A stretch of 64,000 nucleotides of DNA from Rozella allomycis CSF55. Taxonomy: Eukaryota. The translations under genes were made by a program, and so were the position numbers. The stretch lies in contig KE561209.1 in assembly GCA_000442015.1 (NCBI GenBank), forward strand, positions 248,001 through 312,000, given 5' to 3'. Positions within the stretch are counted from its first letter, which is position 1. Each line of letters begins with the position of its first letter. Under the pieces are notes generated by a model. The model saw only the letters and a program-made list of their open reading frames with translations. It was not told the DNA's origin and did not search any database. Below, one piece after another: positions 37,816 through 51,241 of this stretch.

Positions 37816-40800
37816 ATGGTACACGTGTACATTGTTTGTTGTGCATTGTTTTTGGGATCCCTAGTTTTAGGGGCACCAAACGGTGGATCTGAAGTGACTA
37901 GTAATAGATTTGAGCAAGTTTTTTCATTTTCTCACTATATTGAGACTGACAAGTTTGACGAATTGTACAAGATCTTTCAAGACGAGATCCTCAAAGGACA
38001 AACTATTGATATTGCAAAATACTCACCTTTTATGGAGAGAGGCGGTAATCGTTTTGATCTGTTTGGAAAACTGATTGCTGACAACAAGGTAGCTGAGGTG
38101 AGAAAATTGTTGAAGAATAAGGATACCTATGATTGGATTTTCTCTATGAGTGGAGACGAAAAGCCATATCTTGTTATTGTCGCTGAATTGAATAGGATTG
38201 ATATTTTTAAGTTGTTTGTTGATTTGGTGAAACCAGAGGACCGTTGGGTATTGTTTACAGGAACCAAAGAAGGAAAAGATCTTATTGATATTTGTTTGGA
38301 ACTCAAGCGTCATGACATGTTAAAGTATTTGATCACTAAAAAAGTTATTGAAATTGATGAGATTGAAAATTCCCGGTTTTTCGGGCCTGAAAGAAAGAAA
38401 TATTTGACCGAGTGGAACAAATTTTCAGCCAAGAATTTGCCAAAGAAACAAATAAAGCGTGTTGAATATGTTAACAATAAGCATGCTAATAGACCATGTG
38501 AACAGTGGATGAAAGAATTATGGTCCAATCAAAGAACATTTACCGAATCATTAGCTCAAAAATTGCCTGATGGGAACACAATTTTCGGGCTTTGTGCATT
38601 ATCTTTAGAGGATAATGAGTTTGGAACATTGTTTAACAGAATTGATGAAAAGCACTATCGTTTATTTAGAATAAAGAATGCACGAGGAAAGACGTTGCTT
38701 GAGGAACTGCTTTTGAAATATGAATATGAAAAAGTTACGCTTCTCATCAACAGAAACATGTTTCCTTTAACTTTTAGAATCAATTCCAAATATAACGTTG
38801 CACAAATGTTGTCTATGACTGAGAATCATTCATTGTTGGACGAAGAAAATTTTTCTATGGAAGAAATATTCGTTGCATTGAGCCAAAAGTCGCCATTTCT
38901 TCAAAGTCCTTTGGTCCATTTAATATCTACTTACATCGCAGAAGGGACGGAAACAACCGAATTTATTGAAATAGTATTTGGGACCACTGATGAGCATAAT
39001 TTTCTTTTTCAAAAAAATATTTTTGGTGAAACTTTTATCAATTTCTTTGCCCGCCAACTCAACACAATTGAAGATCAGGGGGGATATAGCGAAAATACAA
39101 AGGCAGCGACTGAATTATTTTTTCAAGGGTCTTTGCTTCATATACTGAGAGATATGGATGAAAAGATGAGCCTTTTTGTCATGGATGAGAATGTCCCCGC
39201 TGAAGATGCATTTGTAGTTACTAAAGCTTGGCATGATGAGAGCGGCGAGCTTATTGTAGATGAAACGGAGATCATTGTTAACGCATTCATTGTGAATAAA
39301 GCTTACAAGGCTCTTTCAGATATTCCCGAAAAAGAAACCAGCAATAGCAATAAGGTTTTAGCGAAAAAGCAAGTTTCTAAAAATAGTAAGAAGAATAAGA
39401 AAAAATCAAAGAATAACTCTAAAGGTAAAATACGAAATAGATTTTCATTCAGTCCATTCTGTTCCTGTCAAAGATGAACCTTTAAATGAATCGGAAGTTG
39501 ACGTGCCAGCCACATCTGATGAAAATGAAGCTTTAAATGAGTCTCCAGTTGATTTAGAAGTCCCATCTGATGAAAATGAAGCTGTACATGAACCTCCAGT
39601 TGACAAAGCAGTCCCATCTAATGACAATGAATATGAACATGATTCACCAGTTGATGCATCTAGTGAAAGAGAAGCTAAAGTATCAAGTCAATCTGATGAA
39701 AAAGAAACCGCAATTAAAGCAGCGAAGACACAAGAATTTGTCAATGAAGATGAAGCTGAAGATGTAGTTGTGACAGAAGCAGCTACTTCAACCGCGATTC
39801 CAGAAATACGATCTTCCCATGAAATTGTGAAGAATCTTGAGCAGATAGAAAACGATAGTGTTTTTAAAGATCATATCAATGAAGTGTTGCGCGACAGCCT
39901 TGAAGCGAGAAGCATCGAAACTGAAATAAAAAAAATTTTGAATGGGGACTTTGGGATAAAAATAGAAGAACTCACTGAAGTTGATCAAAGGGCGGCATCC
40001 GTTCATGAAGCTGATATTGTTGATTACAATAATGAAGTCGAGAGAGTTGAAAAAGTTAACAAGAAAGAAACATTTAAGAATCTATTGATTGATTTGATCA
40101 ACAAAAATAAATCTGACGAAGATTTGGAATTGGATTTGGCCAACTTACTGTCTCAAAGAAGCTCATCATCTTTATCCGTTGATTCTCGCTCAAGCACCGA
40201 AAGTTTCTATCCAAAAAGAAAGCTTTCTACCAGCTCAGCACCTGCCGATATGAGAATAGATTATCATGAAGCAGTCAATCCAACAAAAAAGATTGTTCCA
40301 GTGCAATCTGGTTCAAACTTTCTGGATTATTTAGTTTCTGACCTTTTACCAGACGATATTTTACCTGAAGAATCACGTAGTGGACCTGGTAGTCAAATTG
40401 AAGAAGATGCGGTTATATCTTCATGTGATCAAAACGTAAGTTCAAGTGCAACCGAAAGTGGTAAATCAAGAGAAAGTTTAAATTCATTTAAAACGTCATC
40501 CTCTACAAGACGTGCCATCAATCATTTAGATATTGAAAAATCAAAGCTTTATGTTCCCTTTATTGTCTCAAAAGAAATTTCTAATTTACACATACTCGCT
40601 GATGAAGATTTCAAAGAAAATCAAAATGCTCTCTTTGATTATTTAAATGCGTTAGCTTTTCTTGATAGTCCTATTCAAGTTTCTTTTCTAATTCAACCAT
40701 TAGTCGGGATCCTTGGAAAAAAAATTAAAAGTCTTAAGGAAAGAGAAAGAATAATTGCTTTTCTAAACCATGCGTTTCTAGCTGAAATATTTAACCTTCC

Positions 40801-41062
40801 TGAATGCGAGCACCTTAATTGTCAACAAAGAGCTGAAAATGCAGTGACAGCATTGGGAGTATTTCAACATTTTGGAATTATCAGTGAAAAGGATATTAGA
40901 AAAGTTATTTCTGCCCTTGTTAGAAATCCAATTCAAATAACCGATAACTTTACCCAGGTTCTTTATTATCTCTACATTCGCTTTCGACATTTGTTTCCGT
41001 TCTCTGATGAAATTGCAAGGAAGATAAATCCTATTCTTAGCCAATATGCATTGTTCTATTAG
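37816..41062 (+). CDS. Secreted ~1072-aa protein: signal peptide, ankyrin-like helical repeats, Lys-rich patch, acidic repeats, helical MIF4G-like C-terminal domain
   Basis: MVHVYIVCCALFLGSLVLGA; the 28-nt intron 39425-39452 fuses the two long ORFs in frame. Confidence 0.75.
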
Positions 41063-41585
41063 CATTAATTTAAATAAAAGTTATATATCGTTATTCGTTA
41101 TTATATTATTGAACTTGGAGAAGTAACCAATTTTCTATTACTTTAAGAAACAATCTTAGAATGGCTCCAAAACGGATTGAGATGTAGAATTTTGCCTTTA
41201 ACTTTTCAGTTTCTTAGAATTTCTAGCCCGATGATTTCATGAATATTCGATTTGTCTTTTATAGGTTACAAACCGTTACATAAACGAAAAGTTGGAAAAT
41301 GACATGGTTATAAGCTAGACCCTCCACCCAGAAGTCTTTATGGTGGACATATTGAACTTCAAATTAACATATGAAATGGCAGATCTACAACAGGTAAAGA
41401 ATTTAATAATCCTTTACACTCTCCATACACACTGAATTTAACCTAGAATGTTTGTGTAATGTCACATCTTTGATATTTTCAAGACCGAAGAGTAATAATT
41501 TTGATAATATCTTATCCAGACCGATTGAAGAGAAAATTGATTTAATAACTGGCTAAAAAAACATCTAAAATGAAAAGTTTATTTA

Positions 41586-42727
41586 TTATTCATAGAATAA
41601 AGAATATTGGCCGAGAATTGGATTGATTTTATTCTTGATATCACGAGCCGAATCCAATACTTTGTAAAAACGATTGTACAAAGGATATAGTACATGAGCA
41701 TATCTTTCATCAACTTGAATAGTGTGAGAAAGTAACGCTGAAACAACACTTTTAACATCTTTATCATTGAAAATACCATGTTTATGAAACATGCCAAGAA
41801 TAGTGACTGCATTTTGTGCTCTTTGTAGACAATTAATATTCTCACATTCAGGAAGATACATTATTTCAGCTAGAAAGGCATGTTTGGTAAATGCTAGAAT
41901 TTTTTCTTTTTCTTTATCATATTGGATACCCCCTTTGAGCATAAGTATAAGTAAAGGTCGAATAAGAAATGACACTTGAACAGGAGATTCAAAGAATGCT
42001 ACAGTGTTTAAATAATCAAAGATAGAATTTGCATTTTCGGTTAAATTTTGTACAAGAAGAGTGTGCAGATCATTCATTGGTCNAGATTCAAAGAATGATA
42101 CAGTGTTTAAATAATCAAAGATAGAATTTGGATTTTCGGTTAAATTTTGTACAAGAAGAGTGTGCAGATCATTCATTGGTCTTCCAGAAACAAAATACTC
42201 ATATATTTTCGATTTGTAAATATCAAGATGATTAATGGCGCTTCTTGTAGTGGATGTTGTTCTTAAAGAGCTTAAACTATCTTGAGAGGAACTAACTACT
42301 GAGCCATTGTTTGCTTCTTCATTGTTTGCTTCTTCATTGTTTGTTTCTTCATTGTTTGTTTCTTCATTGTTTGTTTCTTCATTGTTTGCTTCCTCATTGT
42401 TGACTTCCTCATTGTTAGCCTCTTGATTAGTAGTATCATTCTGAACAGCCTCAGCGGTTGCATTTGCGACGACTTCAATGGCAATGCCTTCATTAACTTG
42501 ATTTGTGGTGATGTCTTCATTAACTTGACTGGAAGGCCCACTGCTTGATTCTTCAGGTAAAATATCATCCACAATGTTAGACATCGGATTGTCCAGAAAA
42601 TCTGAACCAGATTGTACTGGAGCAATATTTCTTGTTGGTTGATGATAATTAATTCCNAATTATCCACAAAATCTGATCCAGATTGTACTGGAGCAATATT
42701 TCTTGTTGGTTGATGATAATTAATTCC
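41586..42727 (-). CDS. Paralog of the C-terminal part of the 37816 protein (5' end lost at N joins)
   Basis: Shares PVQSGSxFLD, DDILPEES, AINHLDI, HAFLAEI..LPECE..NC.QRA.NAVT.LG.F, KINPIL.QY.LFY. Confidence 0.8.
42305..42428 (-). repeat. 15-bp coding minisatellite, about 8 copies (NNEEA/T)
   Basis: cattgtttg(c/t)ttctt tandem array. Confidence 0.9.
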
Positions 42728-42785
42728 NATTCGTATATTTTTCGAAACAAAAGTCATATTCAAATTTTAGTTTTTCATATAAATT

Positions 42786-45700
42786 TTATTGAGTTTTATT
42801 GTAAAAGATAAAATCATTCACGATATTGATTATTGTCCGTGAAAAGGAATTAAAATCTTCGTGCATTTGAATGGCGGTACCCTTGGTGAGACCAATTTGA
42901 TAAATCTATTATTATTAATCAAAAGTCTTATTATTACATGGGTTGCAAAATCAGATTGGTTTGTTAGTGCAAGATGAAACAAGGTTTCAAGAATATCATC
43001 ACGAAGAGTATGATGCTTTTTTTCAACTAGACAGTGAAACAAAATATCGACTAATGGAAAGTAAATTTCGCTCTTAAACACAGACTATTTATCTAATTAT
43101 CAGAATTTACTCTGATGAAAAGCTTTTGTCTTTCTTGAAGAGAATTTAGAATCACTAGAATCTGTTTAAAATCTTCAATTTGATTCGTGTCTTTCAAAAG
43201 TGAAATCAATGCCTTTCAGTAACCGAATGAATATATTACAAAACAAAGTTGGATAAATAATTGCTCTTTGGGAGGATTTTCTACCTCGGCGTTTGATTTT
43301 GAAAGATTGGCGATTGACGAAGGGAAAAAGTATCGCCACTTGTTTGAAATGAATTCACCTAGAAATTCTATATATTTTGAATGTATTTTAATATGGATAT
43401 TATTCTAATTAATATATTGTTGAAGTCGTACGAGATTGTTATTTAGCAGTGGATAAATGTTGTTTAATGTATAAGAATGGAATAGCGGGACAAGTGCATC
43501 GAAACTCTTAGAAGGTTCTTTAGTAACTGAAATAAACATCGCAAATAGTCTTTTCACATAAAAGAAGCTGATATTACAAGCAAAGAATTTTCGATTGGCT
43601 TGAATCTTCTCTAGCCAATGAATGTACGAAATGAGAGTCAGTTAAATGTATACGAAGCAACACTAACTCTAGTATTCTTTGAACCGAAGAAACGCCTAGA
43701 AGAGACCCAAAGGTTTGAATAAATTCTAAATACAGTTCAATCTTTAATAGTAACAAATCTATGATATTACAATGAAATATTATACCCTGGTCTATTGGTT
43801 CGTTTTGGTTTAGTAAATCCAATTGGGAGATTATCGGATTTAAAATATCAAACGCAAGTTTTTTATAATTAGATGATTCTCCTTTAATGAACAAAATTAG
43901 GTTTTTTGTAAACTCAATCCCAAATGTCGCGTCTTTATTATTTTGAAATGACATATGAATTAGATTGTTCAAATTCATTGGCCTTTCGTTTAAATAATGA
44001 TAAAAGACGATTTTTGAAACGATCCACCTCGGCTTTGGATTTAAGGCGAGCAAAGAGTTAACTGGATTTTCCAAAATTAAAGAAAATGAATTGAAAAAGT
44101 TAGTTTCCTTGAATGAAGAAATAATGGAAAATGCCAATTGCCCGGCAGCCGATTTTAAATCATCTGAACACTTTTAGAATGGAATTTTAAGTTTTACATT
44201 TGATAAAATAATTTTTGAAGATGTTTCTACAAAGATTGGATTGAAGAGTATGGAGTTTTCTGAAGCCAAATAGACGAACGTGCGAGAGGTATTCAAAACT
44301 CCCAAAAACAATTTTTCATACTCAATTCCCTTTACGAATAAATCATCGCTGATATAATCTATGTAAACATTCAATCTAGATATTATAAATTCTACAATTT
44401 GTCTTCTTTGTTCCTGATTTATTTTAGAACTTGTTGAAATTGAAAAGAGGTCTGAAATTCTATTAAATGCTGAAATAGTAGTTCTTAAGTCTTTTAGAAC
44501 ACAAAATTGGATTCGGTCATCTCCCTGTTTGCTCAAGAAACATTCAGAATAATTTAAGAAATCTTGAATCTAAAAATAGAATGTCTTTAAATTCTTACAA
44601 TAATTTCAATTGCTTTCATCCCAATAGCAGAAACTAATGAATGAATTAAAGCTAAAATTTTATCCTGAAAGTGATCCCATTCTGTCTTATGGTCAACATC
44701 CTTGTTTGAATCATCAAGCAAACACAGCATTTCACTATTATTCATCATTTTTGACTTATTCCAAATTTGTTTAAAAACTTCAATTAATACAATATCGTAC
44801 CTTTAGTTGCAATATTCATCCATTACTTTGCCCAAGATACATTTTCATTCTGAAATTTCTCAATTTGACTTGAAAATGCCTGCCAGATTTCTAAACAACC
44901 CTCAAACATTTCAAGGCTAGTCTATTTTAAAATCTGACTATTTTTTACCTGTTTTTTGGTAATATTCAAAAGTATGCTAAATAGTTCATGAAGCGATACA
45001 TGACCCTCAATTCTCTTAAAGTGATTTAAAATCAACAGTCTGATTGATTCCAGCAGCTTTTCTTCAAATCTTTTAAACACCTAAAATCAATTTACGTTTC
45101 ATCAATGTCGGATCTAGACATTACTTTCTTCACAATCTCAACTAGATTGTCATGGGCGATTATTAGAAAAGTATTTAGATCATGGGGGAGAAAACTTCTG
45201 GATAGAATATCATTTGCTGTTGTTAGCGCGTGAGTCGCGATATTTGTTGTCGCATATTCAGAAAACAAGTATGAATATTTGAAGATTGTAAAATACATTG
45301 AAGCAGAAAGATAGCATGACGCTTCATTCCATTGAAATACTAGAGAGAAAATTTCAAAGCATAATAATATTTCATTTTCAACCTTTAACGTATTTTGAGG
45401 AGTACTCGGTGTTTGTTTTGTTGTTTCAAAAGGATTCAATCCAGGCGATGTTGCAACCGGCTGTACCATTGTTGGTCTATTGATTTGATTAATTTCAACA
45501 AAATATTCATCTAAGTATATTCTTGATAGTTCCAAAATCCTTTGTACTTCTTTTAACAAGTGATTTTTTAATTCACTCTTTCTAGCGTTAGGTAAATCCT
45601 CTTTCAGTGATAAAATTGATTCTATAAACGTCTTCAAAACCAGCAGTCCTGAATATTTTAGTTCTTTATTTTGTGTCATGCTCAATACGCGGTCAACAAA

Positions 45701-46122
45701 CTGCTGATCTACGTCGGGCCATTCATATCTTGCTACATCCACAACAATTTCAACACTTTTATTCATTACAAAACTTTGCATTTTCGAGCCACGCTGTTTC
45801 AAATACTCAAATAGGAATTCCCGGACCCATAGCTTGTCATTCAGACTTTCAGAGTGGTAACTATGTCTTAACCAATGCTATCATTCTTCCATAGACTATT
45901 TACTTGGAAAACAGAAAGGGCAAAGAAATGCGAGACGTTTGAGTTGCTCTCCTGCAATATTTCTGCTGCCATCTTCCAAGAATTACACTGCTGCTTAAAT
46001 TCATAAAACCTTTCCTCTAATATTTTATTTATTCCATTATTACCGATATATCTCTTTTCTTCCTTTTGACAATCAGTCGCATAAAATCTCTCGCATAATC
46101 TTTCGAAGCCTTTGAGATCCAT
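42786..46122 (-). CDS. XPO6: Exportin-6-like karyopherin
   Basis: IBN_N start, DVARYEWP, KEDLPNARKSELK, KWRYFF, KKHHTLRDDI, and spliced end EDFNSFSRTIINIVNDFIFY. Confidence 0.8.
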
Positions 46123-46415
46123 GCGAAAAATTTCCGACAAGCAATTTCAAAGCCTGGAGATGAAAAGATTTGAGAAACATAAAGTCGCAATATTGAATAT
46201 TTATATAGTTAAATAATTTTTTATGAATGAATTTTTCTCGCTTCACGCTTGTTGATGTATGTAAAACTTAGGTTGTCAGCGATTCTGTGCGGGAGAAAAT
46301 AATGCAAACCTTAGTCCTTAAAGCAATTATACAAGCAAAAAATGTGAGCATAACGCAACAATGAAATTATTTTAGTATTTTCATATTCTCAACTCCTCAA
46401 TTTCTTAATTTCCAA

Positions 46416-48683
46416 ATGAAGAATCTTTTGAACTTTAGTTTAACAGCCTCTGAAATTAAAAATCTCTCTCAAACTCTTATATCTAAATCGCGTGCAGTCT
46501 ATGACCAAGTTAGTGCCTTGTCAAGTGACCGTGCGACGTTTAAGAATGCAATCATCCCCATCGCCAAAATTGAAGCTGAATACAGCGTTGCATCGGCTAA
46601 TATTTATTTTCCGCAGTATGTGTCACCAATAAAGGAAGTGCGCGATGCCAGTGTGGAAGCCAACAAGGCGCTTGAGGTAGGAACGATTTGAGTGAAAGAT
46701 ATAGGAATTTAGCATTGAAACAGATATGCGAGCTGATATTTACAAAGTCGTTTTGGCTGTCGCTGAAAAGAATGAAGAATTGGGGCCCGAAGATAAAAGG
46801 TTGCTTGAGAAGATGCTTCTGGATTATAAAAGGAATGGTTTAGGGCTTAATGAAAAGAAACAGGAACTGCTAAAGGAAATCAAAAAGAAGCTTTCTAATT
46901 TGGCCATACAGTTTTCTTCCAATATGAATGAGGATAATACAACTGTTATATTTACTGAAGAAGAGCTTGAGGGTGTGCCGGCGGATTATTTGAAGTCGCT
47001 GAATAAGAGAGTGATCGATCAAAAGGAATATTTTGTTTTGACGATGAAGTATCCTGACGTGTTTGCCGTTTTAAAAAATGCCGTCAATGAAGAAACTAGA
47101 CGACGTATGGATTATTCATACAGCACCAAATGCAAGGCCAATTTGCCAATATTGGAAGAAGTAAAGAATGTAATCTGTGGGTTAATAGGCTGTAAGATTG
47201 AGAAGAGATGCCGCCCAGGTATTGGGATATGAAGATCATGCTACGTTTAGATTAGAAACTAGAATGGCTAAAACCCCTGAAAATGTTTTTAATGTAACAA
47301 TTTAAATTTCAAAAAAGAGTTTCTTGAAGATTTAAAGAATAAATTGACGCCATTAGGTGAAAAGGAATTAGAAAGATTAAGACAGCTTAAAAGGGAACAT
47401 TTGGAATCATTGGGAAAGCAATTCAATGGATCTATTGAAGCCTTTGACTTTCACGTAAAGATCATTTGTGATTTTAATTAGTTTTACCACAAAATGTTAA
47501 TGGAAAAGGACTATCAAATAAATGAAGAAGAAATCAAAGAATATTTTAGCTTAGAATCCGTTACCCAAGGTTTGTTTATATTGTACTTAAAATAAGGGAT
47601 GTTGGATATTTACCAAAAAGTTTTGAATCTGAAATTTACTGAAATTGAAAATAAAAATGTTTGGCATCAGGATGTCCGAACTTTTAATGTAATTGACGCC
47701 ACTTCAGATGAAGTCATTGGTCAATTTTACCTTGATTTGTTTCCACGTGATGGAAAGTATACCCATGCAGCTTGCTTTGGATTACAACCAGGGTATATTG
47801 ATGTTGACACAAATGAACGTTGTTATCCAGTAGCTGCAATGGTTGCAAACTTTAGCAAACCGTAAGAATTGTTTTTATTCTTTACATAGGATGGAAGGGA
47901 AACCTAGTTTGTTGAAACATAACGAAGTTGTTACCTACTTTCATGAGCTTGGGCATGTTATGCATCAAATCTGCTCCAAAACTAAGCATGCAAGATTTCA
48001 TGGAACAAAAGTTGAAAGAGGTACGATGGTATCCTATATATTAATAAGATTTTGTTGAAGCCCCATCTCAAATGTTAGAAAACGTAAGAATACTCGAATA
48101 TAAAAGATAAGTGGTGCTGGGAGCCAACCATTTTGCACAAACTATCAGAGCATTATCAACGAAAAGGTGAAAAATTGCCCTCGGAAACTATTGAAAGAAT
48201 GGTAAAAGCCAAGAATCTTAATGCGGGATTATTAAACCTTAGACAGCTATTTTTTGGCTTTTATGACATGAAACTACACACGGCTAAAGAATCTTTAAGT
48301 GCTACAAAGCTTTGGGATGAATTAAAGGAAAATATTACCCTAATTCCAAATCCGCATAATACTTGGCCTGTAGCTAGCTTCGGTCACATAATGGGCGGAT
48401 GTAAGTTTTTTATATTTGTTTCCATAAAGATGATGCAGGATACTATGGATATTTATGGAGTCAAGTTTTCTCAGCAGACATGTTCTTTTCCAAATTTAAA
48501 AACAACGTTATGAGTGTAGAGAATGGTTTGCAATACCGAAAATTAATTCTCGGACCTGGCGGAAGTAGGTAAATTAGTCTATGTGATCATATACATAGGG
48601 ATGGTGACAATATGTTGAGAGACTTTCTAGGAAGAGATCCCACTGTGGACCCTTTTCTAAAATCGATTGGATACAATAAATAA
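46416..48683 (+). CDS. Thimet oligopeptidase/neurolysin (peptidase M3, Prd1-like)
   Basis: [54 protein letters not shown]. Confidence 0.95.
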
Positions 48684-48839
48684 AATAAAATACATTTGTA
48701 CTTGCTTCAATCAGGCTTACGACTCATTTCACTTTCAGTTCTACGTGACTGCTCATTTCATTTTTAACGAAATATTTATGAACTTTCTTCAAAGTTTAAA
48801 GACCATGCTTACCATTTATCAATTCGAGGGGAGTTTGCN

Positions 48840-50012
48840 CTTCAGCCTCAATTGTTTGCCCATCAGGTGTGACTAGAACACTGGCCATTAAACCTAATGA
48901 TCCAAATCCTTGTGCAATGATATCTGACTGTACATCTCCGTCGTAATTCTTGCAAGCCCATATGAAACCTCCATCTGATTTCAAAGCCTGTGCAACCATA
49001 TCATCAATCAATCTGTGCTCATAAAATATTCCCAATTTTTCAAACGTCGTCTTGAAATCATTCCTATTTTGGCGTTTTAGTAAGGGTACTGATAAATGTC
49101 TTCAAATATATCTTTGAATCTTCCATCATATTCTTTCAAAATTGTATTTTTGGTTGAAAGGTATAAAGGCATTTTCTTATTCACGGCCATTTGGAAACAA
49201 CTTTGAGCGAACCCCTTGATGGAATCGTCAGTGTTAAACATTGCCATTGCAACACCAGGTCCATTAAAAGTATTGACTGTGTGAACAATGGATGGCTGTT
49301 TCATTCCTTTGGGAATAAATCTAATTTCAACTTCACCGGGTCCTGGAACTAAAAATTCTGTTGCTTGGTACTATTGCATTAAACAAATATGCNTTTTTTA
49401 CTCGATCCATTCTATTTTTATAGATTCAAAGGAATCCATGGAGCTTCAACATTAACGCATATTCAATTTACTGTTGTTATGAATAGTGGAACATCAATAG
49501 ACTGGTTAGATTCATGATTTGCAAAAAAACTTCCAGCACCTCAAANGCTTAGTCCAGCCTGGAACAATCTTTGGTAAACTGGGAATAATGATTGGTTCTC
49601 TAAACACTGTCCCATTCAACGACTTTCTAATCGTTCCATTGGGGCTTTTCCACATCCTCTTCAACTTGAATTCCGTATTTAACGAATAAATTGAAAATTT
49701 ACCTTTAACTCTCGCTTCATCTGGTGTTATTGTGGCACATTTGATTCCAACACCAACTTTCTTAATCTCATCCGCTGCATAATGAGTGACGAGATCATTA
49801 GTTTCATCACGATGGGTAATACTTAGGTCGTAGTACTTTGTCTCCAAATCAACGTATGGGAAAATCAGCTTCTCCTTTATCATCTTCCATAAGACTCTGG
49901 CCATTTCATCTCCATCTAGATCCACAATTGGGTTTTTCACTTTTATTTCTAGTCTATCTTAAATTTTCATATTACTATTCATTGTGGAATAAGTTCTAAT
50001 TGAATGAAACAT
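48840..50012 (-). CDS. IDP1: NADP-dependent isocitrate dehydrogenase, fragmented by N joins
   Basis: [55 protein letters not shown]. Parts missing at N49393-49546 and beyond N48839. Confidence 0.93.
49673..49702 (-). other. Putative GT-GG intron, 30 nt, in frame and stop-free
   Basis: gtaaattttcaatttattcgttaaatacgg; removal restores [17 protein letters not shown]. Confidence 0.7.
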
Positions 50013-50253
50013 TTTGGAAATTTCGAGTGTATGAGAAAACGAGTAGAGGAATAAAAAGGTGGCGATTCAAAAGATGTAACACCAAATTTGATGCAAGCCT
50101 ACAATTAAGAGAAACATGTCTTTATTGAAAACAATCAACATCATTTAAAAGTGGAGAGTGCCAGTAAGCTACTATGCCGGATTTGGAATACGTAAAATTA
50201 TATTTTCATGATAATTCGGTTCAGCTTTAACGTTTCGAGATCCAGACCCTTGC

Positions 50254-50979
50254 ATGAATTTTATTCTTTCCTTTTTGGTAGCTCTCTTCTGCAACAAAGT
50301 TGAAAAAACAAGCTTCCCTGTTCTTCCGTGGGAAACAGATGCAAATATTTTTCAATATCTTTCAGGGAAGGAAGTCACAGAACTGATTCAATTTGGTCAC
50401 TATAAAGCCCAATACAAAGAAATTCTTGAAATTTTAGAGAAATGTAATCCATTAATATATGGTTCATCATCTCCATACCACTTTGCATTTAGTGCATCAG
50501 ATACTGATCCAGATTGTTTCAAGGGTCAAAACCCAGAAAGTATTAAATTTTTGATGAAACAGTTCAAATTTGCAGTCCTTTATTTAAAAATCGATGATTA
50601 TTTAGCTAAAGCTAAATTATTCGAAGCATATGGATTCAATGGAAGAAATATATTTGTTTTAGTTCTGAACTCTAGTGAAGACCTTGATAGTTTCGAAAGA
50701 GTTGAAGAGTTTACGAATATAAACATTTTGAAAGTTTACATTACGTCTAATATTGTACTTCACAGAGGAATGGCTCATTTATCAAAAATTATGAAAGATA
50801 ATACATCTATCAAAACGTTGTCATTGAATTCATTATTTAATAGAGGTTATCAAATGGATCTAACAGATAACCTGTTTAAATCATTAAGAAACATTGAATC
50901 ACTTTCGATATTACAAAAGAATGTACCAGTGCTGTTCAAGGTCTTCAAATCTTTGAATGATCATGTTCTGTCATTAGGA
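50254..50979 (+). CDS. Signal-peptide/F-box-like/LRR protein, truncated at N50980
   Basis: MNFILSFLVALFC, then LPWETDANIFQYLS, then IKTLSLN and IESLSI repeats. Confidence 0.55.
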
Positions 50980-51241
50980 NCAATTCGAGAAAAATAATGT
51001 GAACACAATTCATTTTTTTAATGCAAGAGAAGCGAGTACAGCCGCTAGTATGGAAAAGTATGGATGTTTCCATATCAGAATATTAAAGTTGGTGAAAATG
51101 TAAACCTTTTTCTTTTTGGCATGACACATTAACATATAATTATTATCAGGCGTCTTAGGTTTGAATACTAGCAAATACTAAATTATAGGATTTCAGTACC
51201 TAAACCTTGTGCTCCGCCTCAGCCACATAACACATTTGAAA

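Noticed and set aside
39425-39503. Programmed frameshift between the two large ORFs
   Set aside because: A canonical 28-nt GT-AG intron joins them in frame.
41985-42180. Duplicated segment in the effector paralog, also at 42600-42727
   Set aside because: Each sits at an N (42083, 42657, 42728); likely haplotype overlap rather than a true repeat.
49394-49545. Foreign insertion or large intron within IDH
   Set aside because: Bounded by Ns on both sides, with IDH sequence missing; probably a misplaced mini-contig.
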